From positions 5,022,001-5,086,000 of the forward strand of contig CATNEN010000007.1 in NCBI GenBank assembly GCA_950097015.1: 64,000 nt of DNA, given 5' to 3'. This DNA is from Macrostomum hystrix (taxonomy: Eukaryota > Animalia > Platyhelminthes). Under the pieces are notes generated by a model. The model was given only the letters and a program-made list of their open reading frames with translations. It ran no database searches and was not told where the DNA came from. Shown here in pieces: positions 23,578 to 36,992 of the stretch; within the stretch, counting starts at the first letter, position 1; each line of letters opens with the position of its first letter. Made by a program: the position numbers and the translations under genes.

Positions 23578-24220
23578 CTGAGGTGTCTGTGTACTGATTC
23601 TAGGGTGTCTGTGTGCTGATTCTGGGATGTCTGTGTACTGATTCTGGGGTGTCTGTGTGCTGATTCTGGGATGTCTGTGTACTGATTCTGGGGTGTCTCT
23701 GAATTGATGTTGGGTGTGTGTGTGTGCTGATTCTGGGGTGTCTGTGTGCTGGTTCTGGGATGTCTGTGTACTGATTCTGGGGTGTCTGTGTACTGATTCT
23801 GGGGTGTCTGTGCACTGATTCTGGGGTGTCTGTGTGCTGGTTCTGGGGTGTCTGTGTACTGATTCTGGGGTGTCTGTGTACTGATTCTGAGGTGTCTGTG
23901 TACTGATTATGGGGTGTCTGTGTACTAATTCTGGGGTGTCTGTGTACTGATTCTGGGGTGTCTGCGAATTGATGTTGGGGTGTGTGTGTGCTGATTCTGG
24001 GGTGTCTGTGTACTGATTCTGGGGTGTCTGCGAATTGATGTTGGGGTGTGTGTGTGCTGATTCTGGGGTGTCTGTGTGCTGATTCTGGGGTGTCTGTGTA
24101 CTTATTCTGGGGTGTCTGCGAATTGATGTTGGGGTGTGTGTGTGCTGATTCTGGGGTGTCTGTGTACTTATTCTGGGGTGTCTGCGAATTGATGTTGGGG
24201 TGTGTGTGTGCTGATTCTGG
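23578..24220. repeat. 22-bp minisatellite (GTGTCTGTGTACTGATTCTGGG)n with a GAATTGATGTTG variant
   Basis: ~28 copies. Confidence 0.92.
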
Positions 24221-25074
24221 ATCGTCTGTGTGATGATGTTGGTTTTTTAAACTATTGTCTCAAAGCATCTTCTGGTTTTCTCTAGACTTTGGGGTATCTG
24301 TCAGAATTTTTCGGGGTGTCCGTGGACCATCCTCGGGAGGTGTCCCAAGGCAGCACAGTAGGTGTGGTGCCCTGCCACAGTCTGATGCAGTTGTTGGGGT
24401 AGCAGGTCAGGGCCGATAAACTGGGGATAAAAGTGTCAGGCACTGGCCATTGCAAATCTAATTTCTGAGCCAGACAAGAAATAATAATTTTCGCCATCTC
24501 CCCCGACCAATCCCCCCCAATCCCGGAGTCTTCCCAGTCTCGTCGGTCACGGGGAGCATCCCATCCCCTCACATTGAGTTTTCGGCACTAATTTGACAGC
24601 GGACATGCCGGGCTTGGCAGATTGGGTGCGAGGAGTCCGTGTTTCCTGTTCCTTGGGGATTACGGACGAGCTGATGGGGATAATTCCCGAGAGCTAGGGA
24701 AGAAATGGTAGCGAAGGAAGTGGGGTCAAATTTCAAGGGATATTTCCGCCTAGCAAAAACTGGGATATTCTACAGTGGTGATCTGAGATCCTTCGATCTT
24801 ATTCTTGTGGTCTTGTGGAAAATACAACAAAAGAATGAACAGACTATGAGAATACTACTTTACAGCTTCAAGTTTTACTACTAGAAGCAGGCTTGTAGGT
24901 TTTGTGCATTAATTTCCCTAGCCTGCATACTAAAGAATTAGTAATAGTGACAACAGAAGCAGTGATGTTGACAGTATTGATAGCAAAGTTAATGCTAAAG
25001 TATTGGGTTTGTAATTATTGTTAGCAATAGTTACAGTCTTGACAGTAATGGCAACAGAATTTACAACAATAGCA

Positions 25075-25590
25075 ACAGCATCGACAGTAACGGTTACAGC
25101 ATTAACAGTAACGGTTACAGCATTGACAGTAACGGTTACAGCATTGACAGTAACGGTTACAGCATTAAAAGTAACAGTTACAGAATTGACAGTAACGGTT
25201 ACAGCATTAACAGTAACAGTTACATCATTGACAGTAACGGTTACAGCATTAACAGTAACAGTTACAGCATTTACAGTAACGGTTACAGCTATGACAGTAA
25301 CGGTTACAGCATTAACAGTAACGGTTACAGCATTGACAGTAACGGCTACATCATTGACAGTAACGGTTACAGCATTGACAGTAACGGTTGCAGCTATGAC
25401 AGTAACGGTTGCAGCTATGACAGTAACGGTTGCAGCTATGACAGTAACGGTTAAAGCATTGAAAATAACAGTTACATCATTGACAGTAACGGTTACAGCA
25501 TTGACAGTAACGGTTACAGCATTGAAAATAACAGTTACATCATTGACAGTAACGGTTACAGTATTGACAGTAACGGTTACAGCATTGACA
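25075..25590. repeat. 21-bp minisatellite (ACAGCATTGACAGTAACGGTT)n
   Basis: ~24 copies with degenerate flanks. Confidence 0.92.
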
Positions 25591-26044
25591 AACGTGGCAA
25601 AAGAATTGACAGCAATGGCAACAGCATTGACTGCATCCTAGCACTAACTAATATCGAAAATAGTGCACATGTTGCACGCGAAAATAGAGAATTAAGAGGA
25701 GAAGTATTGAGAAAATATTAGCAAGATCAAGCAGGCACCCGGATACCAAGAAGTGTCAGTAGCAACTGGTCCACCGGATCGATAATCAGATCGATTGAAT
25801 GGATGCTCAGTCAGCTTTGCATTGGGATCAGGTTTCAACTGCTCGGGCTAGCAGTCGTAATTGCTTTCAGTCTACTGCCTAAACGAATCTATAATTATTG
25901 ATTTCTGCTTTTTAAAGCTAAAATTGACTCAAGGATGAAATTTCTGATATGCGCTACTTACAAGTAGGATGGTTAAGGTTGGATTTGAGTCTTGCACGAG
26001 GTTATTTTGGGGTAGTGAAAGGAGAAATCTCAGAGGCAAGAGGA

Positions 26045-27368
26045 TTGGAGAAAAGCACAGAGGGGATAGGATAGGAGAGACACAGAGGGTAGAGGATGGG
26101 AGAAGCACAGAGGGGAGGGGATGGAGAGGCACAGAGGGGAGAGGATGGGAGAAGCACAGAGGGGATAGGATGGGAGAAGCACAGAGGGGAGAGAATTGGA
26201 GAAGCACAGAGGGGAGAGGATGGAGAAGCACAGAGGGGAGAGGATGGAGAGGCACAGAGGGGAGAGGATGGAGAGGTACAGAGGGTCGAGGATGGGAGAA
26301 GCACAGAGGGGATAGGATGGGAGAAGCACAGAGGGGAGAGAATTGGAGAAGCACAGAGGGGAGAGGATGGAGAAGCACAGAGGGGAGAGGATGGAGAGGC
26401 ACAGAGGGGAGAGGATGGAGAGGTACAGAGGATCGAGGATGGGAGAAGCACAGAGGGGAGAGGATGGAGAGGCACAGAGGGGAGAGGATGGGAGAAGCAC
26501 AGAGGGGAGAGGATGGAGAGGCACAGAGGGTAGAGGATGGGAGAAGGGCAGAGGGGAGAGGATGGGAGAAGCACAGAGGGGAGAGGATGGGAGAAGCACA
26601 GAGGGGAGAGGATGGGAGAAGCACAGAGGGGAGAGGATGGAGAGGCACAGAGGGGAGAGGATGGGAGAAGCACAGAGGGGAGAGGATGGAGAGGCACAGA
26701 GGGGAGAGGATGGGAGAAGCACAGAGAGGAGAGGATGGGAGAAGCACAGAGGGGAGAGGATGGAGAGGTACAGAGGGTCGAGGATGGGAGAAGCACAGAG
26801 GGGAGAGGATGGGAGAAGCACAGAGGGGAGAGGATGGGAGAAGGGCAGAGGGGAGAGGATGGGAGAAGGGCAGAGGGGAGAGGATGGAGAGGCTCAGAGG
26901 GGAGAGGATGGGAGAAGGGCAGAGGGGAGAGGATGGGAGAAGCACTGAGGGGAGAGGATGGAGAGGTACAGAGGGTCGAGGATGGGAGAAGCACAGAGGG
27001 GAGAGGATGGGAGAAGCACAGACGGGAGAGGATGGGAGAAGCACAGAGGGGAGAGGATGGGAGAAGCACAGAGGGGAGAGGATGGGAGAAGCACAGAGGG
27101 GAGAGGATGGGAGAAGCACAGAGGGTAGAGGATGGGAGAAGCACAGAGGGGAGAGGATGGGAGAAGCACAGAGGGGAGAGGATGGGAGAAGGGCAGAGGG
27201 GAGAGGATGGGAGAAGGGCAGAGGGGAGAGGATGGGAGAAGCACAGAGGGGAGAGGATGGGAGAAGGGCAGAGGGGAGAGGATGGGAGAAGCACAGAGGG
27301 GAGAGGATGGGAGAAGCACAGATGGGAGAGGATGGGAGAAGCACAGAGGGGAGAGGATGGGAGAAGCA
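26045..27368. repeat. 24/25-bp GA-rich minisatellite (GGGAGAAGCACAGAGGGGAGAGGAT)n
   Basis: ~53 copies. Confidence 0.95.
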
Positions 27369-27892
27369 TTGAAAAAATGAAGCAGGTGATTAGGAGAAGA
27401 TACGGTGTAGCAAGTCCCCTGTTGTGGCGGTTGATAATGAAGGTGTGGATGGAAAGCTGATGAAAAAGCCACAAGATTGGCACCGAATGAAACTTGTAAC
27501 ATCAGGGTTGCTGAAGGTCACGGAATGCCGAATCGCAGTCAGTTGTCCGCATTGGAAACTACGCTCGTATGCTTCAAACATTGCGACTGAGAAAATAAAC
27601 TTGCGCCAGCCATTCATTAAACTCGTAGTTTTCTTCCGACCAGAGCTTTGCATTGACGGGCACCACCACTGCGATTTTCAAATGGTGCTTTGCATGCATA
27701 CTAACGAATGGATTGAGCAGGTTGCACACGTGGGTGAAAGGGATATGACAGGGCGAAAGCAAATAGTAAAACAGTTGCAAGTCCCTTTCGAAAAATGGTG
27801 AGAGCGGCAAGAGAAGCGGATTGATTTTGGAGACTGGAATGAGAGAGAACAAGAGGGACGAAAGGAGAAAGATCAGATGGAGACAGATTTGA

Positions 27893-28125
27893 TAAGGGGG
27901 AGAGAGGGGAGGAGAAGGAGAGAGGAGAGAGGAGAGAGGAGGGAGAGGGAGAGAGGGAGAGAGGAGAAATAGGAGAGAGGAGAAATAGGAGAGAGGAGAG
28001 AGGAGAGAGGAGAGAGGAGAGAGGAGAGAGGAGAGAGGAGAGAGGAGAAATAGGAGAGAGGAGAGAGGAGAGAGGAGAGAGGAGAAATGCGATAAGGGCA
28101 GAGTAGAGAGAGGAGAGGAGAGGAG
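27893..28125. repeat. (AGGAGAG)n purine-rich repeat
   Basis: 7-bp unit with AAAT variants. Confidence 0.88.
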
Positions 28126-29232
28126 CAGAAGCAGCTGTTCTTGGAGAGCTAAATTTCGGTGGTTTAGTTGTTAGTTTAGATATCAGGAGTTGGCAAATGA
28201 GAATCATTGAAGCCGGACAGATAGATTTGGGAATCTGGTCGTGCTCTCATCGCTTTGCACTATTCCTTACTCGGCTCTAACAGCGTTCTCTTTCAAAAGA
28301 AGACATGATAAAGGAAAACGGGCACTCAATAGGAGGTGGCAATGAACTCGGCTCCAGCTTAAACAATGTTCCATGCATGATGCGTGTGCTGCAATGCTTT
28401 GAAAAAAGGCAGATTGATTTGTGAAATCTGCTCGCGCAGAGCTGACAAACACATCTTCCATCCCCCATTTGTGAACCCGATCCTCTAAAGCCAACTTTGC
28501 CTTCCCTACCAAAGCAGGCCGCACCGCCTCCTCCGCCGGGATGTGATTTTTTTTCCTAGTCCGCCAAGTTGAGATTTGCATAGCTGCCGGCGGGAGACGG
28601 GAGAAGATGGCCTGAGAACAATGGATTGGCTGTGGGTGGGTGGTTGAGCAGGTGAGTTGGTGTCAGGTGACAACTGCTGAGCTGCTGACTGTTGAGCTGG
28701 CGCGGACACACACTGCTGAAGAAATATTGTGTTAGAGAAATGAGTAAATCTTTGGCTAACAATCCAATAGAAGAAGAAGAAGAAGAGGATCGGAAGGATA
28801 AATCAACTACCCTTTGTTTTCTGGGGCCGCAACACGCTTCACGGGTCCATTAAATCATTGATCTAATTAATTTTAATGACAGCGTCACCGCCCAGGTGAA
28901 CATACAATACAAGCACGAAAGACACAGGAAACATTTTTATTCAACCACCGAATTCGGCATACTCGAGAAAGTTTTTATCCACAGATATAAATCATCGCCA
29001 TTGGTTCGCATTTGCTGTGGTAGCATGCTTGAAGCCATAAATGCCACATTTAACGAGTTTCAACTTTTGCTAAATTGGAAAAGTTTAATAAAAAATGTCA
29101 TTCAACCATGATTGATAATCTATGGAAACATAAACAAGCAAAGTAAACTGTCATTTTCTATTGCTGTGAACCAGTTTTTAATGGCTATGCTTTATAACAA
29201 GTTTCTTCTGCATTGTGTTGTTCTAACTTTTC

Positions 29233-29303
<71 letters not shown>
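29233..29303. repeat. (GTCT)n microsatellite
   Basis: ~17 perfect units. Confidence 0.95.
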
Positions 29304-29307
<4 letters not shown>

Positions 29308-29594
29308 ATCCCTAGCTTCTGTTTGCCATCAGCCGCAGCCAACCCTGAGAACCCAACACCGCAGCGGCAAACAATGGGGACTCCACTAAGGGGAGAGACG
29401 CTTTGTGGAATGAGAAACTTGAGCGCGCTGGCGGTGTTTGGCCGCGCCAGGCTTGGGGTCGGTTGATTTTGGAGCCGCCTGCAGGTGGGATTGTAAGGTG
29501 AGGTGAAAAATGGCATCTATACGCCCATTGCTCCCGCAATAAAGATAAAAAACAGAGACTTCTCTATAGAGACACATGATGGCGGATTGTCAGA

Positions 29595-30631
29595 CAAAGA
29601 GAGAGTTGGTGTGAAACAAACTGACAGTCAGAGAGAGAGTTGGTGTGAAACAAACTGACAGTCAGAGAGAGAGTTGGTGTGAGACAAACTGACAGTCAGA
29701 GAGAGAGTTGGTGTGAGACAAACTGACAGTCAGAGAGAGAGAGAGTTGGTGTGAGACAAACTGACAGTCAGAGAGAGAGTTGGTGTGAGACAAACTGACA
29801 GTCAGAGAGAGAGAGTTGGTGTGAGACAAACTGACAGTCAGAGAGAGAGTTGGTGTGAGACAAACTGACAGTCAGAGAGAGAGAGTTGGTGTGAGACAAA
29901 CTGACAGTCAGAGAGAGAGTTGGTGTGAGACAAACTGACAGTCAGAGAGAGAGAGTTGGTGTGAGACAAACTGACAGTCAGAGAGAGAGTTGGTGTGAGA
30001 CAAACTGACAGTCAGAGAGAGAGAGTTGGTGTGAGACAAACTGACAGTCAGAGAGAGAGAGTTGGTGTGAGACAAACTGACAGTCAGAGAGAGAGAGTTG
30101 GTGTGAGACAAACTGACAGTCAGAGAGAGAGTTGGTGTGAGACAAACTGACAGTCAGAGAGAGAGTTGGTGTGAGACAAACTGACAGTCAGAGAGAGAGT
30201 TGGTGTGAAACAAACTGACAGTCAGAGAGAGAGTTGGTGTGAGACAAACTGACAGTCAGAGAGAGAGTTGGTGTGAAACAAACTGACAGTCAGAGAGAGA
30301 GTTGGTGTGAGACAAACTGACAGTCAGAGAGAGAGTTGGTGTGAAACAAACTGACAGTCAGAGAGAGAGTTGGTGTGAAACAAACTGACAGTCAGAGAGA
30401 GAGTTGGTGTGAGACAAACTGACAGTCAGAGAGAGAGTTGGTGTGAAACAAACTGACAGTCAGAGAGAGAGTTGGTGTGAGACAAACTGACAGTCAGAGA
30501 GAGAGTTGGTGTGAGACAAACTGACAGTCAGAGAGAGAGAGTTGGTGTGAGACAAACTGACAGTCAGAGAGAGAGTTGGTGTGAGACAAACTGACAGTCA
30601 GAGAGAGAGTTGGTGTGAGACAAACTGACAG
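29595..30631. repeat. 32-34-bp minisatellite (GAGAGAGAGTTGGTGTGAGACAAACTGACAGTCA)n
   Basis: ~31 copies; length varies in an embedded (GA)n. Confidence 0.95.
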
Positions 30632-31407
30632 AGAATGGTAGACGTAGGAAGTTGAGTATGAAAGGTCTCAGGGAAAGTTGAGCATTCAGTCCAGTGTTTC
30701 GGCCTGAATGCACAGTCTCCTGACTGTCCGGGTCTCCTGTGCCGTCTAGTTCGCTCGATTGAGACTTGAAGGAGCGGAGCGGGGCGCAGATAGGCGGGGA
30801 AAGAAGATGGGATGAAAAACTGGGGAGATTTGGACGATCCGATAACGCGGAGCCGATTTTCCCCGATGATGTATCGACGGAAGAGAGCGGAGCAGTGGGG
30901 CCGGGGTGGGTTGAGCAGGCTATTGGGTTTCAATTCCCCATTGAGCCGTGCATGAGCACCTTTGCTTCTCGTTTGATCCCTCCAAACGCTGGGGGGGGAG
31001 GATTTTTTGTGTCCATTCTCGGCCCGCTGTCTTCTCCGCGCGCTACATCATTGTTCCGTGGTATCCTCATCGTTACAATCTCAAAGCAGCGGCCTCTGAT
31101 CCTCAAGGCGATGATGGGGCAGCGAGATCAGCTGCAGCTCCGCCTGCCGAAGCATGTTGCGATTTGAAAAGCCTCGGTCTTTAAGATTCCAAAGCAGTTT
31201 TGCGTTTTCTGAAATCCGATTCTTAAATAACACATTCAATTGAGCGAGTTGATTGAACCAATGGCCCGAGTGCGCACGGAAACATTAAAACAAATTGTTT
31301 TCCAGTTTGTTCACAACTCAGCTGAGCAAGACAAGGCAGGATTTCTCATATAGCTTCAGGCACAATACTTGGAGCAGCAAATAAAACACAAAAACACTGG
31401 CATTCTG

Positions 31408-33075
31408 AGATACACTGTGAGACACTGTGAGAAAGACAGTGAGACACTGTGATACAGACAGTGAGACACTGTGAGACAGACAGTGAGACACTGTGATACA
31501 GACAGAGAGACACTGTGAGAAAGACAGTGAGACACTGTGAGAAAGACAGTGAGACACTGTGAGAAAGACAGTGAGACACTGTTAGACAGACAGTGAGACA
31601 CTGTGAGACAGACAGTGAGACACTGTGAGAAAGACAGTGAGACACTGTGAGAAAGACAGTGAGACACTGTGAGAAAGACAGTGAGACACTGTGAGAAAGA
31701 CAGTGAGGCACTGTTAGACAGACAGCGAGACACTGTGAGACAGACAGAGAGACACTGTGAGACAGACAGAGAGACACTGTGAGAAAGACAGTGAGACACT
31801 GTTAGACAGACAGTGAGACACTGTGAGACAGACAGAGAGACACTGTGAGAAAGACAGTGAGGCACTGTTAGACAGACAGTGAGACACTGTGAGACAGACA
31901 GAGAGACACTGTGAGAAAGACAGTGAGGCACTGTTAGACAGACAGTGAGACACTGTGAGACAGACAGAGAGACACTGTGAGACAGACAGAGAGACACTGT
32001 GAGAAAGACAGTGAGACACTGTGAGACAGACAGTGAGACACTGTGAGACAGACAGAGAGACACTGTGAGAAAGACAGTGAGGCACTGTTAGACAGACAGC
32101 GAGACACTGTGAGACAGACAGAGAGACACTGTGAGACAGACAGAGAGACACTGTGAGACAGACAGAGAGACACTGTGAGAAAGACAGTGAGACACTGTTA
32201 GACAGACAGTGAGACACTGTTAGACAGACAGTGAGACACTGTGAGACAGACAGAGAGACACTGTGAGAAAGACAGTGAGGCACTGTTAGACAGACAGTGA
32301 GACACTGTGAGACAGACAGAGAGACACTGTGAGACAGACAGAGAGACACTGTGAGAAAGACAGTGAGACACTGTTAGACAGACAGTGAGACACTGTGAGA
32401 CAGACAGAGAGACACTGTGAGAAAGACAGTGAGGCACTGTTAGACAGACAGTGAGACACTGTGAGACAGACAGAGAGACACTGTGAGAAAGACAGTGAGG
32501 CACTGTTAGACAGACAGTGAGACACTGTGAGACAGACAGAGAGACACTGTGAGACAGACAGAGAGACACTGTGAGAAAGACAGTGAGACACTGTGAGACA
32601 GACCGTGAGACAGACAGTGAGACACTGTGAGACATACAGTGAGACACTGTGAGACAGACAGTGAGACACTGTGAGACAGACAGTGAGACACTGTGAGACA
32701 CTGTGAGACATACAGTGAGACACTGTGAGACACTTTTAGACAGACAGTGAGACACTGTGAGACAGACAGTGAGACACTGTGAGACAGACAGTGAGACACT
32801 GTGAGACACTGTGAGACAGACAGTGAGACAGACAGTGAGACACTGTGAGACACTGTGAGACAGACAGTGAGACAGACAGTGAGTCACTGTGAGACACTGT
32901 GAGACAGACCGTGAGACACTTTGAGACAGACAGTGAGACACTGCAGTGAGACACTGTGAGACAGACCGTGAGACACTGTGAGACAGACAGTGAGACACTG
33001 TTAGACAGACAGAGAGACACTGTGAGACAGACAGTGAGACACTGTGAGACAGACAGTGAGACGGTGAGAGAGATT
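31408..33075. repeat. 22-bp minisatellite (GAGACACTGTGAGACAGACAGT)n
   Basis: ~75 copies with progressive drift at the right end. Confidence 0.95.
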
Positions 33076-33792
33076 GTCAGGCTTAAAAACAGACTTACCG
33101 TCAGATCGAATCAAATCCATTGTTTCAAATCAAATCCCATTAACGGACTGTGCCGGAGATCATTAAAACAATTATTTTTATGTTTCTTGCTAATTTAATT
33201 GAGCCGTCTTGCAGGAATTTTCATATAGCTGGAGGCCAATTTTTTGGATCAGAAAATGAGTCCTACAAAACAAACAAGAATGGGTCTCATTCACCGGGAT
33301 TCCCACTTAATCAATGCGAAGTTTTTTTTTTCTCTCCTGTGCGGTTTGTCGATTTAGAGGAAGCAACAAAGATGCGCGAATGCTTGATTATGAACTGCAG
33401 CCTCTCAAAGGTCCAAGTGAGGCGGCAAGGTGCCGCGGTGTCCCCATTGTCTCAAATGTCAGAAGTGGCGGCGGATTGAGACTCCGCTGCTCCTTAGCCT
33501 TCGGTCATGCGTTCACAATTAGCCGTTAATGACATCCCATAATTCATTTGAGAAGCTCACCAAATCCCAAGTTTTCCCCAATTCGGTCTGTTCCTGCGCC
33601 GCCCCCGCAAAAAAGCGTTGAGTTTTTGGGGGATTTGCGGGATTTCTCTTCGTGCTCAGTCAGGCAGTCAAGGCCGACCCCCCGCTGTCCGTTAGAACTC
33701 AAAGCTCGCCTAACTCGATAGGGACTCACGGCAGGATTTTCATAATTGGGACTTCATAATTGAGGCTTTTGTGTTTAACTGTTAGCGATCCT

Positions 33793-34425
33793 TAATCTCC
33801 TAATCTAAAATCCTGAATCTCCTAATCTAAAATCCTGAATCTCCTAATCTAAAATCCTGAATCTCCTAATCTAAAATCCTGAATCTCCCAATCTAAAATC
33901 CTTAATCTCCTAATCTAAAATCCTTAATCTCCCAATCTAAAATCCTGAATCTCCTAATCTAAAATCCTTAATCTCCTAATCTAAAATCCTTAATCTCCCA
34001 ATCTAAAATCCTTAATCTCCCAATCTAAAATCCTTAATCTCCTAATCTAAAATCCTGAATCTCCTAATCTAAAATCTTTAATATCCTTATCTAAAATCAT
34101 TAATATCCTTATCTAAAGTCCTTAATATCCTAATCTAAAATCCTTAATATCCTAATCTAAAAACCTTAATCTCCTTTTTTAATCCTTTATATCCTAATAT
34201 AAAATAATTAATCTCCTAATCTAAAAGCCCTAATCTCCTAATCTAAAATCCTTTATATCTCAATCTAAAATCCTTAATCTCCTAATCTAAAATCCTTAAT
34301 CTCCTAATCTAAAATCCTTAATCTCCTAATCTAAAATCCTTAATCTCCTAATCTAAAATCTTTAATCTCCTAATCTAAAATCCTTAATCTCCTAATCTAA
34401 AATCCTTAATGTCCTAATCTAAAAT
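33793..34425. repeat. 22-bp minisatellite (AATCTCCTAATCTAAAATCCTT)n upstream of Six1/2a
   Basis: ~29 copies. Confidence 0.92.
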
Positions 34426-34704
34426 ATTTAATGTATTTTTAGATGCTGAACCATCTAGTGTAAAATACCTAATCGTCTAATGTGCGAGTACTCGTAGATG
34501 CCTACAAATCACTAAACTCCAAAGCTGCAAATCCTACGAGCGTAATATTCAATCCTTAATAAAACGGCACCTTGGCCTCTCTAGGTTGCAAACAATAAAT
34601 CATATTACATTTTTTGTGTCAGCGCCAAATATCAACCAAATCGAATGAAGGAAAATGAATGGAATGAAATTTTTTATGAATGCTGGCTGGACCCACCTAC
34701 AGAG

Positions 34705-34940
34705 AAATCAACCACCCCACTTCCTCGCTAACTCCCAGCCAATGAGCTTCGCCGTCTCAATCTGTCAGCCAACCAGTCTCTCCCTCTCTCCACTCTCCCT
34801 GCTTTTGCAGCAGCGCGGAAGCTCCCGCCCACCCCACTCCGGCCTGGCTGGGCAGAGCAAAAACTTTTTTAAACCGGAGCCGGCTACTTCTTGCCAGCCC
34901 CGCCTTCTGTCATCGGATTCCAGATCCGGAAATCCGAGCC
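34705..34940 (+). promoter_or_regulatory. Six1/2a proximal promoter (CCAAT, CACCC/GC boxes)
   Basis: CCACCCCAC ~34712 and ~34830, CCCAGCCAATGAG 34734-34746, CCGGAAA ~34927, immediately upstream of the ATG. Confidence 0.5.
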
Positions 34941-35005
34941 GCCAACAGCTTCAGACTGAAATCCTATCGCTGGTTCAATAGCCCGATCCCATAGGCTAGG
35001 GACAA

Positions 35006-35694
35006 ATGATGATGCAGGAGTACGCGGAACCAGCTACTCCTTATCATCAGCACCATCTGCAGCAGCAGCAGCAGCCGTCGTTGCCCCCGCCGCCGCAACC
35101 GCAGCAGCAGCAGCAGCATCAGCTGGCTCTGGGTGGCTCAACAGGCGGCTCGTTCGGCTTCACCCAGGAGCAAGTGGCTTGCGTCTGCGAGGTCCTTCAG
35201 CAGAGCGGCAGTGTCGACCGTCTAGCCAGATTTCTCTGGTCACTGCCGCAGTGCGACCAGCTGCACAAGAACGAGAGCGTTATCAAGGCCAAGGCCATGG
35301 TGGCCTTCCACCGCGGCAACTTCAAGGAACTCTACCGCCTAGTGGAGAGCTACAGCTTCGCGCCGCAGAACCACGCCAGGCTGCAGGAGCTGTGGCTGAA
35401 GGCGCACTACATCGAGGCTGAGAAGCTGCGCGGCCGGCCGCTCGGAGCTGTGGGCAAGTACCGGGTGCGGAAGAAGTTCCCCCTGCCGAGGACAATCTGG
35501 GACGGCGAGGAGACGTCCTACTGCTTCAAGGAGAAGTCGCGGAATGTGCTGCGCGACTGGTATGCGCACAACCCGTATCCATCGCCGAGGGAGAAGCGAG
35601 AGTTGGCGGAGGCCACGGGGCTGACTACCACGCAGGTGTCCAACTGGTTCAAGAACCGAAGACAGAGGGACCGGGCTAGCGACGTCAAGGATGG
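35006..35694 (+). CDS. Six1/2: Six1/2 (sine oculis class) paralogue a, exon 1: Six domain and homeodomain
   Basis: [19 protein letters not shown]...[16 protein letters not shown]...[14 protein letters not shown]; the ETSY tetrapeptide is diagnostic of Six1/2. Donor gtgagt at 35695, phase 2, same position as the vertebrate SIX1/2 intron. Confidence 0.96.
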
Positions 35695-35807
35695 GTGAGT
35701 TGGAGAGGGACGATCTTGATGATCAGTCGATTGGAAAATTCGAATGTGATTAAATTTAGACTGAAGAATTTGAATAAAAATACCTTGGATTATTTAAAAA
35801 AACTCTC

Positions 35808-36520
35808 TACATTAGATTAGAAAGTCTCTAGATTTTAGATTAGACAGTCTCTAGATTTAAGATGAGACAGTCTCTAGATTTTAGATTAGACAGTCTAGAT
35901 TCTAGATTAGAAAGTCTCTAGATTTAAGATAAGACAGTCTCTAGATTTTAGATTAGACAGTCTAGATTCTAGATTAGACAGTCTAGATTCTAGATTAGAA
36001 AGTCTCTAGATTTAAGATAAGACAGTCTCTAGATTTTAGATTAGACAGTCTAGATTCTAGGTTAGACAGTCTCTAGATTTTAGATTAGACAGTCTCTAGA
36101 TTTTAGATTAGACAGTCTCTAGGTTTTAGATTAGACAGTCTAGATTTTAGATTAGAAAGTCTCTAGATTTTAGATTAGACAGTCTCTAGATTTTAGATTA
36201 GACAGTCTCTAGATTTTAGATTAGACAGTCTAGATTTTAGATAGAAAGTCTCTAGATTTTAGATAGAAAGTCTCTAGATTTTAGATTAGACAGTCTAGAT
36301 TTTAGATAGAAAGTCTCTAGATTTTAGATAGAAAGTCTCTAGATTTTAGATAGAAAGTCTCTAGATTTTAGATAGAAAGTCTCTAGATTTTAGATAGAAA
36401 GTCTCTAGATTTTAGATAGAAAGTCTCTAGATTTTAGATAGAAAGTCTCTAGATTTTAGATAGAAAGTCTCTAGATTTTAGATTAGAAAGTCTCTAGATT
36501 TTAGATTAGAAAGTCTCTAT
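35808..36520. repeat. 21-23-bp minisatellite (TAGATTTTAGATTAGACAGTCTC)n in Six1/2a intron
   Basis: ~32 copies. Confidence 0.92.
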
Positions 36521-36992
36521 AGATTAATACTCATTAATACTTCTATATGAAGCCAGTAAAACATTTAATTAATATATCATACACATTTTGCTAACGACAA
36601 TTAAGCAAATTCAGCCCCAGTCATAAAAGTAGCCACGAGAAAGATTAGTTCTTATTTCTACGAAAAAATGCATCATAGCTTTCCAAGAAATCGACAAACC
36701 GGTGGTTTTAGCAAAATGTTTTCATTCTGTGCATGCTTCAGTTATTTAGTGAGGCAGTAACTAACTAGAACAAAACACTGTGCTACTCCACAACCAATGC
36801 TTTTTCGCATATATATTTGTTACATTTCTGCTTATTCTTATAGCCTGTATCAAAACTGCCCTTGTTGTGATAGATTTACAGTTTTATTATAATAGACTTC
36901 CATTTCTGCAGTCCAACCTATTAATACACTTAGGACTTCTTTTTGGTAAATGGTTGTACGATTCCAAATTCTTCAGAAATTCTGCAGTGAGG

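Noticed and set aside
25018-25641. Mucin/antifreeze-like (TVTVTAL)n ORF
   Set aside because: No signal peptide or flanking exons; consequence of a stop-free 21-bp unit.
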